A stretch of 63,466 nt of DNA, filler included, from Albugo candida (lineage: Eukaryota), in the NCBI GenBank assembly GCA_040437565.1. It is 40 parts of 40 records of this genome, joined end to end, with 100 filler letters (N's around TTAATTAATTAA, not from the genome) between each part and the next. Parts side by side here need not be neighbours in the genome. Positions count along the whole stretch, not along the records: positions 60,525 to 61,946 come from JBDOQK010000510.1; positions 62,047 to 63,466 come from JBDOQK010000511.1; 38 more parts are not named here. One strand, given 5' to 3'. This document shows positions 60,525 to 63,466 of this stretch, in pieces. Under the pieces are notes generated by a model. The model saw only the letters and a list, made by a program, of their open reading frames with translations, did no database searches and was not told the origin of the DNA. A program made the position numbers and the translations under genes. The stretch's first letter is position 1. Each line of letters starts with the position of its first letter.

Positions 60525-61644
60525 TTCCAGTACGAGTTGATCTAGTATAAGGTTCTAAACTAGCAGCAATAACCTGATGAGCATGACTAATATTTGATAA
60601 TGTAGCCTCATGTCCATTAGCAAGTCCAGTACGAATTTTAGTTAAACATTGCTCAAACAATGCTGCTTGATTTTCCAGTGCGATTTGTGTCATTCGTTTA
60701 GTGTACGTTAAGCTTTCCTTGATGTCATCTTCAGAAAAACGTTCATTCCTTGATTTAAAAAACAAGATAGACTCCATTGACATCTTGTTTTTAAAAGGGT
60801 AGGTATCCGGGAGAGCTTGAAACGTATGGAAGTTGCTAAAAAAAGGGTTTTCATCATCAGGAAGTACTGTTGGAGCAGGTACTTCGCTTGGAACCTCAGG
60901 GTCAGGTCCACTAGCTGCAGTACCATCAAAATCAATACCAGAGTCATTATCTTCATCATTAATACCAGAGCCAAGACCTTCATTATCTTCACCGTCGGCA
61001 TGTGTTTCTTCAGGATCAACAAAAACACGGAATAAAGGGATATTAGCAGATGCAGTAAAGGGTCTTGCATCATCAGTTGGTCTATCGTTATTTGATATTA
61101 GTTTATGTAGTATAGTGTCAGAATTATTAAAATATACATTACCTAGGCGGGTTGGGGTTGTCAGTGTCAGCAGTGGGGATAGTTATATCCTCCATAGTAT
61201 CAGTAGGATTATAGCCATCATTGTCATCAATACCATCCATAGGACTACCAACAGGGTCGTTAGGATCTTCCATGTTGGTGTCATTGACTTCAGGATTCGT
61301 AGCATCAGATTGTTGTTGTCTTTGTCGACTACCGTAAAAACGAAAAACGTTAGTATATTGCGTCTAAAAATGATATTGTAAATCAGTACTTACTTTGAAC
61401 GGCAGCGAGGCATGTGAGTTTGTACATTAATAAATTGTAAACCACAATGGACACAAGTATCCCGTAAATTAAGCACATTCAAGCTGTTGTTGTTGTTGCG
61501 GTTGTTACGGTTGCTACGGTTGTTACGGTTGTTGCGATTGTTGCGATTGTTGCGATTGTTGCGGTTGTTGTTGTTGTTGCGATTATTGTTGTTGTCTCGA
61601 TTATTTCCCCCATCATCAGGAGGAGGTTCATACGGACGAGACAT
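60525..61644 (-). CDS. Three-exon gene, 3' partial (exons 61644..61394, 61328..61143, 61081..60525): NNR repeat, C2HC zinc finger, acidic linker; possibly a CACTA/Plavaka-type transposase N-terminus
   Basis: Two GT-AG introns give one frame; CVHCGLQFINVQTHMPRC; YPFKNKMSMESILFF...FSEDDIKE. Confidence 0.55.
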
Positions 61645-62676
61645 GTTTTATAAATTAAAAAAAAAGAAATACTTTGTGAATCAGCAATTATGATAAATTA
61701 AGATAAAAAAGTATGAAGAAAGGAAAAAGAAAAAAAAAAGGGGAAAAAAAAGCTCAGCTTATTTTAAAGTGAAAAAAAACATTAACCAGAAACGTTTAGC
61801 GCAAAACATTTAGGCGCTTTTCTTCCGCTTTTCCTTTTTTTTGTTAATCGTTTCCTTTGCAATGACACAACAAGTCTTGTCCTGTGGTAATTACTGTATG
61901 AAGCTAATACTATTTGCAAAGCTCCTTCTTACTGACGTCTTTATAGNNNNNNNNNNNNNNNNNNNNNNNNNNNNNNNNNNNNNNNNNNNNTTAATTAATT
62001 AANNNNNNNNNNNNNNNNNNNNNNNNNNNNNNNNNNNNNNNNNNNNAGACAATTGATGGAAAAGATGGGCTATTCTGTGAAAGCAATTCTGGAAGGAGCC
62101 AGGAAGAAATAGCGAATATAATATGAGAAGAAAGAAACAAATCAAAGTACTCCGGATTCCAGCTCGTTACAACTTTGCGAAGATAAACTCTTCGAAGATG
62201 GAATGGGACCCAGCGATGAGAAGAGTTACTTACACCAGAAGTGAGCCAATGGATTCACACAAGGATCGTACTCCGAGCATTTATGAGAAGAAAGTAGAGG
62301 AAGCGAAAATCGAAGGTGCCGCAATTAAACCGCTTGTTCGTTAAAAGGAGTTTTTTCTCAAATACCATGATTTTTTTCGCTTTGCGTTTGCCGCGGATCT
62401 TTCAGTAAGTTCTATCGAAGGGTGCGTACCCAGCTCAGTTAAGGGTGCCCGCCCGTAGTACTTTTATTTAGACACCGTTCTGTTACTACACTTTAGTGGT
62501 TATCTACTCTATTCTAATCACTAGTATGTAACGCTCTGAAGAGCCCGGTCCAACTCCTGTACAGTTATTTTCTGGTGTAGTTGCCAGCGTTCTTGACACG
62601 TCCATATCTTCATTGAGTAGGTTGATATTTACGTGAAGGATCTTTGCCTTCGCCGAGGGGCCCCATCGCAGCCCTT

Positions 62677-62752
62677 TTGCCACCGCTGGGATTCGAACCG
62701 GGGCACACATGGTCGGAACACAAGTGTACTAGCCGCTAAGCCCCCCGACGAC
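62677..62752 (-). pseudogene. tRNA-derived sequence (degenerate cloverleaf; SINE/TRIM-head-like)
   Basis: GTCGTCG/CGGTGGC acceptor-like stem, GGCTTAGCGG box-A-like, GGTTCGAATCC box B, broken anticodon stem. Confidence 0.55.
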
Positions 62753-62824
62753 GACTTCTCTATTTGCCAGCTGTTTCGTACCTGCCAAACAGAATACAAC
62801 AAACTTTCTACCCTGTCGAAGATA

Positions 62825-63466
62825 ATGGTTTCTATTGACATCTCAAGCCTTCTTACCGTCACCTCACCGGATGCTGACCACCCGTATCCTAACAACTTGT
62901 CCCTTACCTCACCGGATGTGGGTCAATTGTCTCCTCGTAACTCGTCCGTTAGTGACCCGTTACCTGTAAAGGATGCACCCACGTCCTCACCTATCCCGTC
63001 CAACCTTTACCGGCTGACGTGTTCATTGGCCAATCAGAGGCCGATTTGGAGATTCAGCCACCTCTCTCTCCCATTCCAATTCCTGCCAATCAGCCGGTCG
63101 CAATGGAGGTGGATGACGCGTCGCCGTCAGCACCTCGGAAACCGGTTGAGCAAGGAAAGAAAACCGGTAAACGGCCAAGTCTCGCCGATATCCTGAAGGG
63201 TCATGAGGACATCCGCAAGGATAAAGCGGCTAAAAAAGCAACCTGAAAGGTTGAAATGCCCCAGCCTTTAGCGTCGGATCTACGCGCAATTGAGAAGCTG
63301 TTCGAAGAGGGCCGTCCAAGTTGGGAGGTTTTGTCTGCTCACTTAACTGCAGCCAAACCTTTCGTATTACCGAGCGCCAAATTCTCGGTTGTATTAGAGT
63401 CTGGACAAGCGTTGGTTCGAACCCCACCAGCGCACATTTTGCAATCTTTTGTTCGAGATCATGGTA
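62825..63466 (+). pseudogene. Decayed ORF (frameshifts, stop at 63244), possibly ORF1 of a non-LTR retrotransposon
   Basis: Ser/Pro-rich N-terminus, MEVDD, RPSLADIL, then ...WEVLSAHL.AAKPF.LP.AKFSVVLESGQAL...ILQSFVRDHG across a frameshift; family assignment is an impression only. Confidence 0.35.

Noticed and set aside
61487..61693. Leu/Arg repeat ORF (LLRLLR...) and other long antisense ORFs such as 281..607, 9077..9481, 15383..15925 and 59005..59397
   Set aside because: Shadow frames of genes on the opposite strand.
1554..62046. Regularly spaced TTAATTAATTAA palindromes, and gene neighbourhoods or ORFs crossing them
   Set aside because: Artificial linkers. ORFs ending in X-runs or LIN are truncated, and cross-contig synteny carries no information.

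Overview
This window is not a contiguous locus. It is 40 short unplaced contigs, sorted by decreasing length (about 1553 to 1420 nt), joined by an artificial 100-nt spacer (44 N + TTAATTAATTAA + 44 N), so adjacency across spacers is meaningless. The contigs look eukaryotic and appear to come from two organisms (taxonomy is inferred). (a) Moderate-GC, intron-poor contigs that look oomycete (Albugo-like): DIM1/TXNL4A, NME7, mitochondrial SerRS, an At3g63330-like kinase, DNLZ/Hep1, threonine synthase, a candidate secreted protein, tRNA-Ser(GCT), tRNA-Arg(TCG), U6 snRNA and a decayed MULE family with matching TIR ends. (b) Very AT-rich contigs with 55-80 nt introns that look like a Mucorales fungus and are mostly transposons: CACTA, two Harbingers, OTU-carrying MULEs, Helitron/Helentron, Gypsy gag/pol and a stand-alone integrase. 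Most notable: a perfect U6 fold-back palindrome; tRNA-derived cores in LTR-like or LINE-like elements; a Helitron protein with four tandem MxLxFMLN motifs; a truncated TOE1/CAF1 nuclease facing a Helentron endonuclease; a Ginger-like integrase with no RT; an uncharacterised protein family on three unlinked contigs; a micro-exon non-coding transcript; and a threonine synthase with a tail-anchor-like C-terminus. No CRISPR array or prokaryotic system was found.
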